Position numbers and translations under genes: made by a program. This document shows, one piece after another, positions 25,732-34,194 of a stretch of 55,177 nt of DNA (its first letter is position 1; each line of letters starts with the position of its first letter). The notes below the pieces were generated by a model that saw nothing but the letters and a program-made list of their open reading frames with translations, did no database searches and was not told the origin of the DNA. Origin of the DNA: a virus; IMG/VR virus record IMGVR_UViG_3300043331_000267, positions 1 through 55,177 of that record. One strand, 5' to 3'.

Positions 25732-26622
25732 TTACACCGAGAATTCTGTGCCGGTCTGTCCATCGCCGGTGACCGCCACGGTGTTGATCTGCTCAATGTT
25801 GGCGTCAATCGGGTCGGCAGCAGCAGCAGCAAGCACGGCGGTGGCAATCTCAGTCGCGGCATCTGCTGCCAGCTCTGACGCCCCAATGGCGTTGGCTGCG
25901 ATGGCCGCTGCATCAATGGCGCCCGCAGCGAACGTCGCCGAGGTGATCGCACCTGTTGCAATCTTCGCGGCCGTGATCCCGTTGTCTGCCAGCTGAGCCG
26001 TGACCGGTACGCTCGTCGAGCCGCCAGCGGGAACGACCGTCACCAGGTCCGTCGCGGCAATCGTGAAGATCGGCGCGGCCTCGAGCGTGACCGTTTTTGT
26101 CGATCCGGTGTAGTCGCTGGCAAAGGCAATGCCCTTCTGTGTGGCCGTGCTGACATCCGTGAAAATGAATGCTTGGCCGTTATAGGCATTGTCGTCGGCG
26201 CTGCCTGTAGTCAAGGTAAAACTGGTTTGCGTATCCAGTGTCGCAATTGTCGTGTCTGCCAGATAGGTGGCACGCGCGACTGGCTTCAGTGCAACGTTGG
26301 CCGCACTTCTGCCAATAGTGAAGTTCTCAATGACGTAGCCGACGGCGCTATTACCGTCCACCGTACCCGTGGTGATCACCAGAGAAACGTCTGTCCCATC
26401 TGCATATCCGTTGCCCGTCGTAGCCACCACGCGTACGTTATGCAGTCCGGTCACGCCATCGAAATCGACGCTCAGTGTGATGCCGGCCGTGATCTGCGTC
26501 GTGGAGTTCCCAACGTATGCAGAGACGACAGGCGTCCCCGCCAGCGTTGCTGGCGCGCCAGTGTCTGGCTCTGTCGTTGTGAACTTGACATCGAAGGTTT
26601 CGCCTATCGTGATATCTCTCAT
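25732..26622 (-). CDS. Fibre-like protein (296 aa)
   Basis: Thr/Ala/Gly-rich. The C-terminal repeats (AKIATGAITSATFAAGAIDAAAIAANAIGASELAADA) are typical of phage fibres. Confidence 0.6.
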   Translation of the reverse strand: MRDITIGETFDVKFTTTEPDTGAPATLAGTPVVSAYVGNSTTQITAGITLSVDFDGVTGLHNVRVVATTGNGYADGTDVSLVITTGTVDGNSAVGYVIENFTIGRSAANVALKPVARATYLADTTIATLDTQTSFTLTTGSADDNAYNGQAFIFTDVSTATQKGIAFASDYTGSTKTVTLEAAPIFTIAATDLVTVVPAGGSTSVPVTAQLADNGITAAKIATGAITSATFAAGAIDAAAIAANAIGASELAADAATEIATAVLAAAAADPIDANIEQINTVAVTGDGQTGTEFSV

Positions 26623-27305
26623 AGCCTTCGCACCAATAGGTTACCGCCAACAAGCTTTCCACCAACTAGTGGACCTCTCCCTGTAGCCGAACCGCCTGCC
26701 GAATCCACAACCTCAAGCGCGGCTATCCCCCAAGCCGCGGAACCCGACAGAGTCACATCAGCCGTCGTGTCGTTGCTGTCACGAAAGATGGTGTTGTCTT
26801 CGAAGTCGAACAACCCCGTACGCTGTGCGACTTCAGTGAAGTCTGTGCCTGCCGTCAGAGCGACAGCGTCCTGAGCAACGCAGTACCCCCAGGTTCCATT
26901 GGCCGCATCAGCAAACGCACCTAACGTAGCTAACGCGGTGGTGCCTGTGCCGCTTCCTGTAGCCGTGTTCGCATTTGTCGGCGTGCTGCTGATCGTTCCG
27001 GTGATGTTGTCCACCACCCAGGCCAGAAATGTTCCGTCATCGTACGTCAGGGTAATGGCGGCCGCAGATGGCGATCCATATCCGACGAACACCGAGATGT
27101 AATGATCAGTTGCATAACTGAAAGCATTGATCTTGGTTGTCCAGGTCAGGCCCAAACCAGACACAGCCATCGGTGCGCCATTGAAATGTACAACCGCAAC
27201 GATGATTGCCGAGTTCGCTCCGGGCGAGACCGAAGCGGTATTTACCGTTGTTCCACTGCCAGCGGACTCAATCCCCGCGGTCAGGCGCGTACAGCTCTTA
27301 GCCAT
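26619..27305 (-). CDS. Beta-rich protein (228 aa), unknown function
   Basis: Contains SVSPGANSAIIVAVVHFNGAPMAVSGLGLTWTT and a Gly-rich C-terminal tail. ATGA-coupled. Confidence 0.6.
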   Translation of the reverse strand: MAKSCTRLTAGIESAGSGTTVNTASVSPGANSAIIVAVVHFNGAPMAVSGLGLTWTTKINAFSYATDHYISVFVGYGSPSAAAITLTYDDGTFLAWVVDNITGTISSTPTNANTATGSGTGTTALATLGAFADAANGTWGYCVAQDAVALTAGTDFTEVAQRTGLFDFEDNTIFRDSNDTTADVTLSGSAAWGIAALEVVDSAGGSATGRGPLVGGKLVGGNLLVRRL

Positions 27306-28310
27306 TCAGGTCACAAACCCGGTGGGAGGTCCCATCCACGCACGGCCGACCGTGGGCTGCACATTAAACCCCATCGTGAATTTTCGGCCAGCCTTGGTCC
27401 AAAGGCTCGCTGAGCCGCTGTTCGCGCCGTTGTAGTAGCCGCCGCCGAACGTATCGATGTCGGCGATGTACAGGCCATCGACGGGATAGGCCGCATCCCA
27501 GGTAATCGAACAACCTCGCTCGACATACGTCCCATTACGCCGATGCAGGCGATAGCCGACGAAGCCGTCTGGCTCATCTACCGTGCTCATCATCTGCAAC
27601 CGGATCTCCATGCACAGATATTCGTCTGCATCAATGATGGGATTTCCCGCAGTATCGGTACCGGCGCTCGCCGCCACATACAGTGGCTGCGCCATGATGC
27701 AGTGAGTGCCGGGATCTGTGTCATCGCCTCCTGATCCGTTCATACGATCGATGTAGTCCGGCGCTGGAACCATGTTCGTCGATGAGAACATCCGCAGCGT
27801 GCCAATCGCAGGGGCGAAAACAATCGAATCCGCCGCACCGAGCGCCGCATCCTGATTGCCGTGCGCTATGAAGATCATGGGGCGGTAGTTCAACTCCGCC
27901 GATGGACTGAGCGCATTGGCGCAGCGAAAGATGAAGAACTTCGGATAGTTCGTCGCTTCCGCGCAAAAGAGATCTGAAACCTTGAGCTCGATGCGAAAGT
28001 TTAGCTGTCGAACCGCCTTTGTCCCGTTCTTCCAGAACGGCAGACCGCCAAATCCGCTTCCCTGTTCTCCCGACGTTGGCGGAAACATCGTCGCCACCGG
28101 CGCAGTCCCGCTCCACCATGCCTCATCGGCGAACGTGATGTTCGCACCGCCGTTGGTGCCCCAATTCGGGATCGTGCTGTTAACGTCCAGTGAAATGATC
28201 TGGGCATCGTCAGGGTCATAGTTGGCGTAGTCGCTAACAACTAAGCCATCGTTATCAGCACCGCCGTCAATACCGGCGACCACTGATGAGCGCGTAAGAA
28301 GGAAGCTCAT
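27306..28310 (-). CDS. Jelly-roll-like protein (334 aa), possible polysaccharide-acting enzyme
   Basis: No signal peptide. Gly/Asp/Asn-rich. The fold call is a guess from the strand pattern only. Confidence 0.55.
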   Translation of the reverse strand: MSFLLTRSSVVAGIDGGADNDGLVVSDYANYDPDDAQIISLDVNSTIPNWGTNGGANITFADEAWWSGTAPVATMFPPTSGEQGSGFGGLPFWKNGTKAVRQLNFRIELKVSDLFCAEATNYPKFFIFRCANALSPSAELNYRPMIFIAHGNQDAALGAADSIVFAPAIGTLRMFSSTNMVPAPDYIDRMNGSGGDDTDPGTHCIMAQPLYVAASAGTDTAGNPIIDADEYLCMEIRLQMMSTVDEPDGFVGYRLHRRNGTYVERGCSITWDAAYPVDGLYIADIDTFGGGYYNGANSGSASLWTKAGRKFTMGFNVQPTVGRAWMGPPTGFVT

Positions 28311-28535
28311 TCACGCGCGCCGCGGCCAGCGCTTGCTGTACGGCTGCACTCCGTTGAGCAAATACCAAAGCCCGTCAGGTGACGAGCCGCCAAACTTGTG
28401 CATCTCACACACGCGATCGGCCGACTGTAGACCGCGCACGATCATCTCGATGACCTGCTCGCGATCCATCGAATCAAGTATGGCAAAACGTGCCGACTGG
28501 TTAGCAGTGAGTAACTTGCCGTGGCCAGCGATCAC
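28311..28535 (-). CDS. Hypothetical protein (74 aa)
   Basis: ATGA-coupled to the upstream secreted protein gene. Confidence 0.55.
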   Translation of the reverse strand: MIAGHGKLLTANQSARFAILDSMDREQVIEMIVRGLQSADRVCEMHKFGGSSPDGLWYLLNGVQPYSKRWPRRA

Positions 28536-29296
28536 AAAATGACCTTCGAGCCTACATTCGAATTCGCGCTCTCAGTGCCGCCAGAGGTGTAGGCACGAAC
28601 CGCAAAGAAGTACGTGCCCGGCGAGAGATTACTGATCGTGTAACTTGACGCGCCTGGACTTGAGACCTGAACCGTCAAGATCAACTCTGTAGCTGATGCG
28701 CCATATGAGATCCGATAGCCGGCAAGATTTGTGAGCGCCGAGCCATCGGTGTTTTGTGTCGGCGGCGTCCATGACAGCGTTGCCGTTCCAGTGGCTGGCG
28801 GCGAATCTGTGTTTCGGAGCTCGCAGCGCTTGGCCACACCGACAAGCGGATCGCTGCCAAACGTCGCAATCCGGCATGGCACCGATCCGTTGACAGCCGT
28901 CAGGTCGCGCTCGACCCATGACGTATTCAGCCCAAACCTCACCCGGCGTGTGCCGGTGAACGAGCAAGTCTGATACTCGGCGGCGCAAAACTTCCATGCC
29001 GTAGTTGGCGGCGGAGGTGGGGGCGGCGGCGATGCGCTGTAAGTGACCGTCACGTACCGGTTCGGGTACCGAAGCTGATAGCGCGTAGTCGTCGACCGGC
29101 GCTCGGCATCCGCCTCGATACAAGCGAGCATCGCTGCCTCAGACGAGTTCGAGCACACCAGCGTCGTGAAGCCTGATCCGCGATACGCACGCCAGGTGCC
29201 AGTCGTCGGCTCCATGGTTCCCACGGTCGTCGCCGCGCCAGCAACCAGCGCGCACAGGCCAACCGCCACGACAGCGGCAGTCAGAGATAGGCGCAT
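28532..29296 (-). CDS. Secreted protein: signal peptide, Pro8 linker, 4-Cys domain, C-terminal fibronectin-III domain
   Basis: Signal peptide MRLSLTAAVVAVGLCALVAGAA, then PPPPPPPP. LSWTPPTQNTDGSALTNLAGYRISYG...GTYFFAVRAYTSGGTES is FN3-like. It is the first gene of the late operon, with SD GGAG. Confidence 0.7.
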   Translation of the reverse strand: MRLSLTAAVVAVGLCALVAGAATTVGTMEPTTGTWRAYRGSGFTTLVCSNSSEAAMLACIEADAERRSTTTRYQLRYPNRYVTVTYSASPPPPPPPPTTAWKFCAAEYQTCSFTGTRRVRFGLNTSWVERDLTAVNGSVPCRIATFGSDPLVGVAKRCELRNTDSPPATGTATLSWTPPTQNTDGSALTNLAGYRISYGASATELILTVQVSSPGASSYTISNLSPGTYFFAVRAYTSGGTESANSNVGSKVIL

Positions 29297-29380
29297 CGAC
29301 GCTCCAGGTTAGATGGCCCCGAACGCACCCCGGGCACCTAAGTGTGCGAGTGAGCGTCGTGCCGGGTGGTTGGGGGCCAG

Positions 29381-29410
29381 AGACAAGAAACCCCGCTCGG
29401 GGCGGGGCTT
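29381..29410 (-). terminator. Intrinsic terminator about 20-45 nt downstream of the late promoter (tR'-like)
   Basis: On the minus strand: CCCCGC-cccga-GCGGGG followed by TTTCTTGTCT. Confidence 0.65.
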
Positions 29411-29436
29411 TGGGACAAAACTTTGACGATGCGCGC

Positions 29437-29465
29437 TTTATATTAATTCCCCCGTCGCTTGTCAA
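29437..29465 (-). promoter_or_regulatory. Late promoter (PR'-like), near-consensus sigma70
   Basis: On the minus strand: TTGACA (29465-29460), an exact 17-nt spacer, then TATAAA (29442-29437). The -35 overlaps the Q-like gene stop. Confidence 0.65.
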
Positions 29466-29986
29466 ATCTCAAGCACCTTCCCAAGCTTGGCTCGAAGCCG
29501 TGCCTCTTCTCGAAAGTTAACAAGCATCCGACCAAGTGTTTTCCGGGCCCGGCGCAACCGCTCATCCATAGCCTCGGGCTTGATCCCGAGAACCGCCGCC
29601 TTTTCCGTCCTAGTGAATTCGCGGGCGTACACCGCACCCATGGCGTAGTTGACGGCAATCGCCTGAAACTGTGGCTCGGGCAACACGTTAACCGCTTTGT
29701 TCACGGCCAGCAGTGTCGGCGACACGTACCAGCATGATTCGGACAGGATCCGATGCCCGCCATAGTAGGGATTCTGTTTCCCCTGAGCTGTCAGCTGTGA
29801 AACCTGGAACCAATCGCGCGGCTCGTAGAGCTCCACCCGGCCGACTGTCATGGACTGCTGCGGGAACCCGCCCGACAGTCCAACGCGCCATCGGGCACGA
29901 CCCCAATACTCCAGCAGCGAGTTCAGATCACGCCAATGGAGCGACGGCAATTCTTCAGTCGTTTCTTCGGCCATGACTGCACTCAC
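29462..29986 (-). CDS. Q-like late antiterminator (Phage_antitermQ type)
   Basis: 174 aa. LLEYWGRARW resembles the LERWGAWA opening of the prophage Q family. C-terminal HTH-like LGIKPEAMDERLRRARKTLGRML. Sits immediately upstream of the promoter-terminator pair. Confidence 0.6.
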   Translation of the reverse strand: MSAVMAEETTEELPSLHWRDLNSLLEYWGRARWRVGLSGGFPQQSMTVGRVELYEPRDWFQVSQLTAQGKQNPYYGGHRILSESCWYVSPTLLAVNKAVNVLPEPQFQAIAVNYAMGAVYAREFTRTEKAAVLGIKPEAMDERLRRARKTLGRMLVNFREEARLRAKLGKVLEI

Positions 29987-30300
29987 GATTGAATCCTCAT
30001 CGCCTGGCTGAATCCAAGGGCGTCCAGCGCCTGCTCGGTGCTGGTGATATACGGAACGCTGTGGCGCGAGCAGAACTCGGCCTGCGCCTTCTGACGCTTG
30101 TCTAGCCGCGGATCGTTGCGCTTGTTCGCTGGCCGCTTCACCTCAAGCAGCATCCAGCTGTTCATTGGCCAACCTGGAGCACGCACGAGCAGGTCTACCG
30201 GGCGCCCGATCGGCTCAACATCGAAGTGCAGCGCTCGCAACTCATCGACGATCTTCTGCGTCGGAGCGTCTGGCTTGTCGGAGCGGCGCTTGAAGCTCAT
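29983..30300 (-). CDS. PD-(D/E)xK nuclease (VRR-NUC / resolvase-like)
   Basis: ATG 30300 in an ATGA overlap, 105 aa. GRPVDLLV...WMLLEVKRP gives the D...E-x-K motif. Confidence 0.55.
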   Translation of the reverse strand: MSFKRRSDKPDAPTQKIVDELRALHFDVEPIGRPVDLLVRAPGWPMNSWMLLEVKRPANKRNDPRLDKRQKAQAEFCSRHSVPYITSTEQALDALGFSQAMRIQS

Positions 30301-30758
30301 GGGCACCACAACACTGCGTCGGGTTTCAGGTCGCCCTTGTGTTCGCTCATCGGTTTGCCACATGCGGGACAGTCGACGGCGCGAACGTCTACTGGCGAGT
30401 CGCTACATCCATCGCTGTACCCTTCCGCATACCCGCGATCGAAGTCAGTCGCGAGTTGATCGCCTGTAACCTCGGAAGAGTCTCCATCGCCACCGAACAT
30501 CGCATAGAACGCCTGCGTTTCTGGACAGAGCCAGTCTCGCGGCGTGTCGGCGGGCATGTCAGCGCAGGTATTCTTTCCTCCACCGGGAGCCGCGATGGTC
30601 GCGCTAGCCGCCTTCATCAGTTCCTGAGCCACGTACAGGCACGCAAAGATCACATGCTCGCGGCACATCCCGCCGTCTGTCAGTTCCCAGCCGTCGATGT
30701 AGATCTGACCGCCTTTGAACAGCAGCGTGCCGACACGGGAAACGGAGTTATCCAGCAT
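30297..30758 (-). CDS. Hypothetical protein (153 aa)
   Basis: ATG 30758 (MLDNSVSRVG). C-terminal CPACGKPM zinc-ribbon-like element. Confidence 0.55.
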   Translation of the reverse strand: MLDNSVSRVGTLLFKGGQIYIDGWELTDGGMCREHVIFACLYVAQELMKAASATIAAPGGGKNTCADMPADTPRDWLCPETQAFYAMFGGDGDSSEVTGDQLATDFDRGYAEGYSDGCSDSPVDVRAVDCPACGKPMSEHKGDLKPDAVLWCP

Positions 30759-31056
30759 GGTCGTCCGCCCGATGCTGTTCGTTCCAATTGACCTCGGCCA
30801 TCGCCTTGCGTGCTTTAGCAAGCATCCGATGTCGTCTATTCATTTCTGCCTCCTCCTGATCCAGCATCGTGGCAAGGTCGTTCAGCGGCGCGCGTATCCA
30901 GCGTACCTCTATGCCATCCCGGTACCCCTCGCAAAGACAATGCCGGGCAGAGATCGTGTATGTCCGAACCTCCGGAACGTCCCATGTCTCAAGACTTCCG
31001 CAGCGGGGGCACTGCCACACAGCCATGCTATGGTTGACGCGATCAGGCATGGTCAT
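30748..31056 (-). CDS. Hypothetical Cys-containing protein (102 aa)
   Basis: WQCPRCGSLETW...CLCEG. Coupled within the early-left operon. Confidence 0.55.
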   Translation of the reverse strand: MTMPDRVNHSMAVWQCPRCGSLETWDVPEVRTYTISARHCLCEGYRDGIEVRWIRAPLNDLATMLDQEEAEMNRRHRMLAKARKAMAEVNWNEQHRADDHAG

Positions 31057-31498
31057 CTCCCGGAGGTTGGGCGGCTCGTACGTGCTCCTTCATTCCGATG
31101 CCAAGTCCGTTCGCTTCCAGTCGACTCAGCAGGAAATCACGGATCCATGTTTTCGTCCCGGTCGCACCGGCCTTTTGGAATGCGTCGTCAGCCTCCATCA
31201 CGGCGACCATGAATTTACGTTCAATGTGCCGCGCGAGTTCGCCCGGCATTGTTGGAACAGCCGCCGGCTCGGCGGCGGCTCTAGCTTGGTCAAGAGCAAG
31301 GCGCAGCTGATCTTCACGCTGCCTCAGTTCCTCGGTTAGATCCGCTACTCGCTGCTTGTAGTAAGTGTTCTCGGCGAGTATGGCAACGCGGGCGGATTCG
31401 ACTCTACGCAGATCTTCGCGCGCTGCCTGGCAGTCATGCCGCTGACACTGGATGGAGCTCAATATGGCGCACTCCTTCGACGGGACTTGCTCGGTCAC
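31043..31498 (-). CDS. Hypothetical coiled-coil protein (151 aa)
   Basis: GTG 31498 in a GTGA overlap with the SEC-C gene stop. Central heptad region. Confidence 0.5.
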   Translation of the reverse strand: MTEQVPSKECAILSSIQCQRHDCQAAREDLRRVESARVAILAENTYYKQRVADLTEELRQREDQLRLALDQARAAAEPAAVPTMPGELARHIERKFMVAVMEADDAFQKAGATGTKTWIRDFLLSRLEANGLGIGMKEHVRAAQPPGDDHA

Positions 31499-31680
31499 GA
31501 ACGCACCTTGCAGCAGAATTTGAACTTCTTCCCACTGCCACAACCGCAAGGAGAATACATCCGGATCTGCTGCTCCATTTTCTCGCGGTTGGTCAGGTCC
31601 CGCCGAACGGGCACGAGGCCGCGCTTGCGGGCCTCGGCCTCATCGGCAACGTGATAGATCTTCCCGGTGCCTGGGTCCAT
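31495..31680 (-). CDS. SEC-C-motif metal-binding small protein
   Basis: 61 aa ending SPCGCGSGKKFKFCC. Confidence 0.6.
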   Translation of the reverse strand: MDPGTGKIYHVADEAEARKRGLVPVRRDLTNREKMEQQIRMYSPCGCGSGKKFKFCCKVRS

Positions 31681-31683
31681 GAC

Positions 31684-32043
31684 TCAGGCCGCCAACTGCT
31701 GCTTGAGCAAGTAGCCTTCGAGCGGCCAGATCTTAGTGATGGCGTTCTGGCGCGCGATCTTCTGGCCAAGCTCGGCGTTGAAGTTCTCCGGCGACGCACA
31801 GGCCGACTCGCCAGTGACGGTGAAGCCGTTCTTCAGCACGATGACGCAGAAGGTCAGCAGGCCAAGTGCGCGGGCGTTCTTGACGCCTTGGGCCTCGGGG
31901 CCGCCTCGGTAGTGACCATCAACGCCGTCGAGCGCGGTGAAGTAGTGCTCGCTGTCGATGACTTCCTCGATCCGCTGCGGTGTCACGCGTGGTGCGGTCA
32001 GGCCCTTCGCCTGGATTTCGCTCTCAATTTCTTGATTGCTCAT
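31684..32043 (-). CDS. N4 gp49 / Sf6 gp66 family protein
   Basis: ATG 32043, 119 aa. LLTFCVIVLKNGFTVTGESACASPENFNAELGQKIA...WPLEGYLL matches the family signature. Confidence 0.65.
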   Translation of the reverse strand: MSNQEIESEIQAKGLTAPRVTPQRIEEVIDSEHYFTALDGVDGHYRGGPEAQGVKNARALGLLTFCVIVLKNGFTVTGESACASPENFNAELGQKIARQNAITKIWPLEGYLLKQQLAA

Positions 32044-32053
32044 GCTTCGATCC

Positions 32054-32326
32054 TCAGCCGTTGCCGGCGCGCTCGTGTTGAGGGGCTGTTTGCGGCCCGC
32101 CCCAGGTTGGCCGATATCCGGTGTTCTCTTCGATGATGTCGGCGACGATGTCACGCATCATCACCAGGAAAGCGTCTTTGCGCGCTTGGTTATTAACCAC
32201 CGCGCCCATGCGAATCGAACCAAGAGGAATCGCGCCTTCCATCGTGCCTGGCATCGCGTAGTACGCGTTCCAGTTCTCGCCTTCGTGGCGCATTGCCAAT
32301 CGGCCAACTTGTGCTACTTCTTTCAT
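32054..32326 (-). CDS. Hypothetical protein (90 aa)
   Basis: Intact ORF in operon orientation with good GC3. Confidence 0.55.
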   Translation of the reverse strand: MKEVAQVGRLAMRHEGENWNAYYAMPGTMEGAIPLGSIRMGAVVNNQARKDAFLVMMRDIVADIIEENTGYRPTWGGPQTAPQHERAGNG

Positions 32327-32360
32327 CGCGTGCCTCGCTCCTTTGTCGTGCCCGGCTCGC

Positions 32361-32564
32361 TCATCGCGCCTCCAGCATGCCCGGCGGAGCGCAGTACTCC
32401 TCGCCGTTCACCATCACCTTGTACGCAAGACGCTGGCCCTGCAGTTCACCGAAGTCGTCGTAGTAGTCCCGCATCTCCAGACCACCCGTTACGATGCCGC
32501 GGTGAAACGAGGCGCGCTTCACGCTCGTGCTTGGCTTGATGAAGCAGCGATCACCAACGTTCAT
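32361..32564 (-). CDS. Hypothetical protein (67 aa)
   Basis: ATG 32564 in an ATGA overlap with the upstream stop. Confidence 0.5.
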   Translation of the reverse strand: MNVGDRCFIKPSTSVKRASFHRGIVTGGLEMRDYYDDFGELQGQRLAYKVMVNGEEYCAPPGMLEAR

Positions 32565-32812
32565 CGCGCCTCCCGCTTCGGGCGCCACACACAAGCGGGA
32601 TCACTCCATCGACCGCGCTCGAACACCTTGCGTAAGGTGTTCTCCAGCACGATTCCGTAGAGACCGCTCGGAGTACTCACCCCGTATCGATGCTCTCCGT
32701 TGATCGGCAACATCATTGCGCGAATGCTGCAGACACTGCCGATCATTCTGCGGTCCGAAACATACGGGCCGATGCGCGCCACTTCACCCAGGTGGAAGAT
32801 TGGATGACTCAC
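32561..32812 (-). CDS. Hypothetical protein (83 aa)
   Basis: GTG start at 32812, in operon orientation. Confidence 0.5.
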   Translation of the reverse strand: MSHPIFHLGEVARIGPYVSDRRMIGSVCSIRAMMLPINGEHRYGVSTPSGLYGIVLENTLRKVFERGRWSDPACVWRPKREAR

Positions 32813-33005
32813 GCCACACCTCGATTGCCATGTCTACGCTGGCCAAGTTCACCGCTAGTTGCTCTCTGAATTTCCACAGTTCGAACCTCCAGCCGTCAGC
32901 TAAGCCGACACGGCAGATTGTGAAATCACCGTTTCGGATGGCAAAGTCGCTGAGCCGTTGCCAACCGTCTGGGATAAACATTTCTTGTACCGCCTCGAAG
33001 CCCAC
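32784..33005 (-). CDS. Hypothetical protein (73 aa; start uncertain)
   Basis: Overlaps the tail of 32900..33235 in another frame. Both frames look coding, so the boundary is unresolved. Confidence 0.4.
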   Translation of the reverse strand: MGFEAVQEMFIPDGWQRLSDFAIRNGDFTICRVGLADGWRFELWKFREQLAVNLASVDMAIEVWRESSNLPPG

Positions 33006-33235
33006 AGACGATGCATCCCGTGCTCAAGCATCGCTCTCAGCAAGGTGGCTCGACTGACTTTGAGTTGCAGGCAGATGTACCCGGCTCGCAAACCTTTCTC
33101 AGCGTATGGCCGCAGCTGCCTCGCAGTGATCTTGATCTGACGCAGGTTTGCGCACTTCTGTGAGCAGTAGCGGTAGCCCTTCTTCTTGGTGGGCCGCTCA
33201 AACTGCTGGGTGCATCGCTCGCAGGTGTAGATCAT
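32900..33235 (-). CDS. Zinc-ribbon plus HTH DNA-binding protein
   Basis: 111 aa. CERC...CSQKC followed by GYICLQLKVSRATLLRAMLEHG. Confidence 0.55.
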   Translation of the reverse strand: MIYTCERCTQQFERPTKKKGYRYCSQKCANLRQIKITARQLRPYAEKGLRAGYICLQLKVSRATLLRAMLEHGMHRLWASRRYKKCLSQTVGNGSATLPSETVISQSAVSA

Positions 33236-34194
33236 GCTGCACTCCTCAATGCGTCATTCCAATCCTTCGATACGGGTGTCTTGATCGATAGATTCACGCG
33301 ACCCTGCAACCGCTCCATCAGCCTCGATGCCGCATCTAGGCCGGCGACATCGCGGTCAGCAAAGATCACGACCTTGTTCACGTTGTGCGGCGGCTCCCAC
33401 TTCATCAGCAGCGAGGTATTGAGCGCGGCCCATACAGGAAGCTCGTGCATGCGCGCGGCAGAGAGTGCTGTTTCTATTCCTTCTGCGATCCCGAGCGTGT
33501 CACCGTGAGGCATGAGACGAACCGCGCAGCCCTCCCTCGCGGTCATCGCCGAGAGGATTTTCCTCGGTTCGTAGTTGGACAACTTCGCGCCCAGCGGCGT
33601 CAGGTACGTCACGTGCGCGGTGACGAGTTCGCCGGACACATCCCTGACTGCGGCTATCAATGCTGGGTAGCGGCCAATGCGCTTGCCTTCCTGCCAATAC
33701 TCGACCGAGGCGTGCGCTCTCAAGCCATGACCCTGCGGCAGCGGCCACAGTGCGCGGCTGTCCAGGTAGAACATCGCTGGCTCGCAATCCTCGATGGCGC
33801 AACTCTCGCGGATCAGTGCGCGAACCCGCTGTGTTGGTCTTGCTGGCTGCTCTGGCTCCACTGCGGCCGGCGCCATGAGTGCAATCGGCTGATGTTCCTC
33901 ATCACTCAAACCGGCCAGACTCATCACGCGGCGCCGCGCTTCGGCAAAGTCGATGCCCAGCGCGCCAACCAGCAGCTTGAATCCGTCGAGGTGTCCGCAA
34001 TTCCGGCAATAGGCATCGCCTCGGCCGTACTTGTTGCTGAAGTGGTAACGATCATTTCCGGTGCAGACCGGACAAGGGCCGTTCTTCTTGCTGAGCTGGC
34101 GTTCACTGAGTCCTGCGCTGAGCAGCACGTTGCGCCAACCATCCGGACCAAGCGTTGCGTGGATCGCGTGAGAGTCCCACTTCAGAGGTTTCAT
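33232..34194 (-). CDS. DNA primase (P4-type zinc ribbon plus Toprim)
   Basis: 320 aa. CPVCTGNDRYHFSNKYGRGDAYCRNCGHLDGFKLL, plus Toprim-like LGIAEGIETALSA...VIFADRD. Confidence 0.8.
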   Translation of the reverse strand: MKPLKWDSHAIHATLGPDGWRNVLLSAGLSERQLSKKNGPCPVCTGNDRYHFSNKYGRGDAYCRNCGHLDGFKLLVGALGIDFAEARRRVMSLAGLSDEEHQPIALMAPAAVEPEQPARPTQRVRALIRESCAIEDCEPAMFYLDSRALWPLPQGHGLRAHASVEYWQEGKRIGRYPALIAAVRDVSGELVTAHVTYLTPLGAKLSNYEPRKILSAMTAREGCAVRLMPHGDTLGIAEGIETALSAARMHELPVWAALNTSLLMKWEPPHNVNKVVIFADRDVAGLDAASRLMERLQGRVNLSIKTPVSKDWNDALRSAA

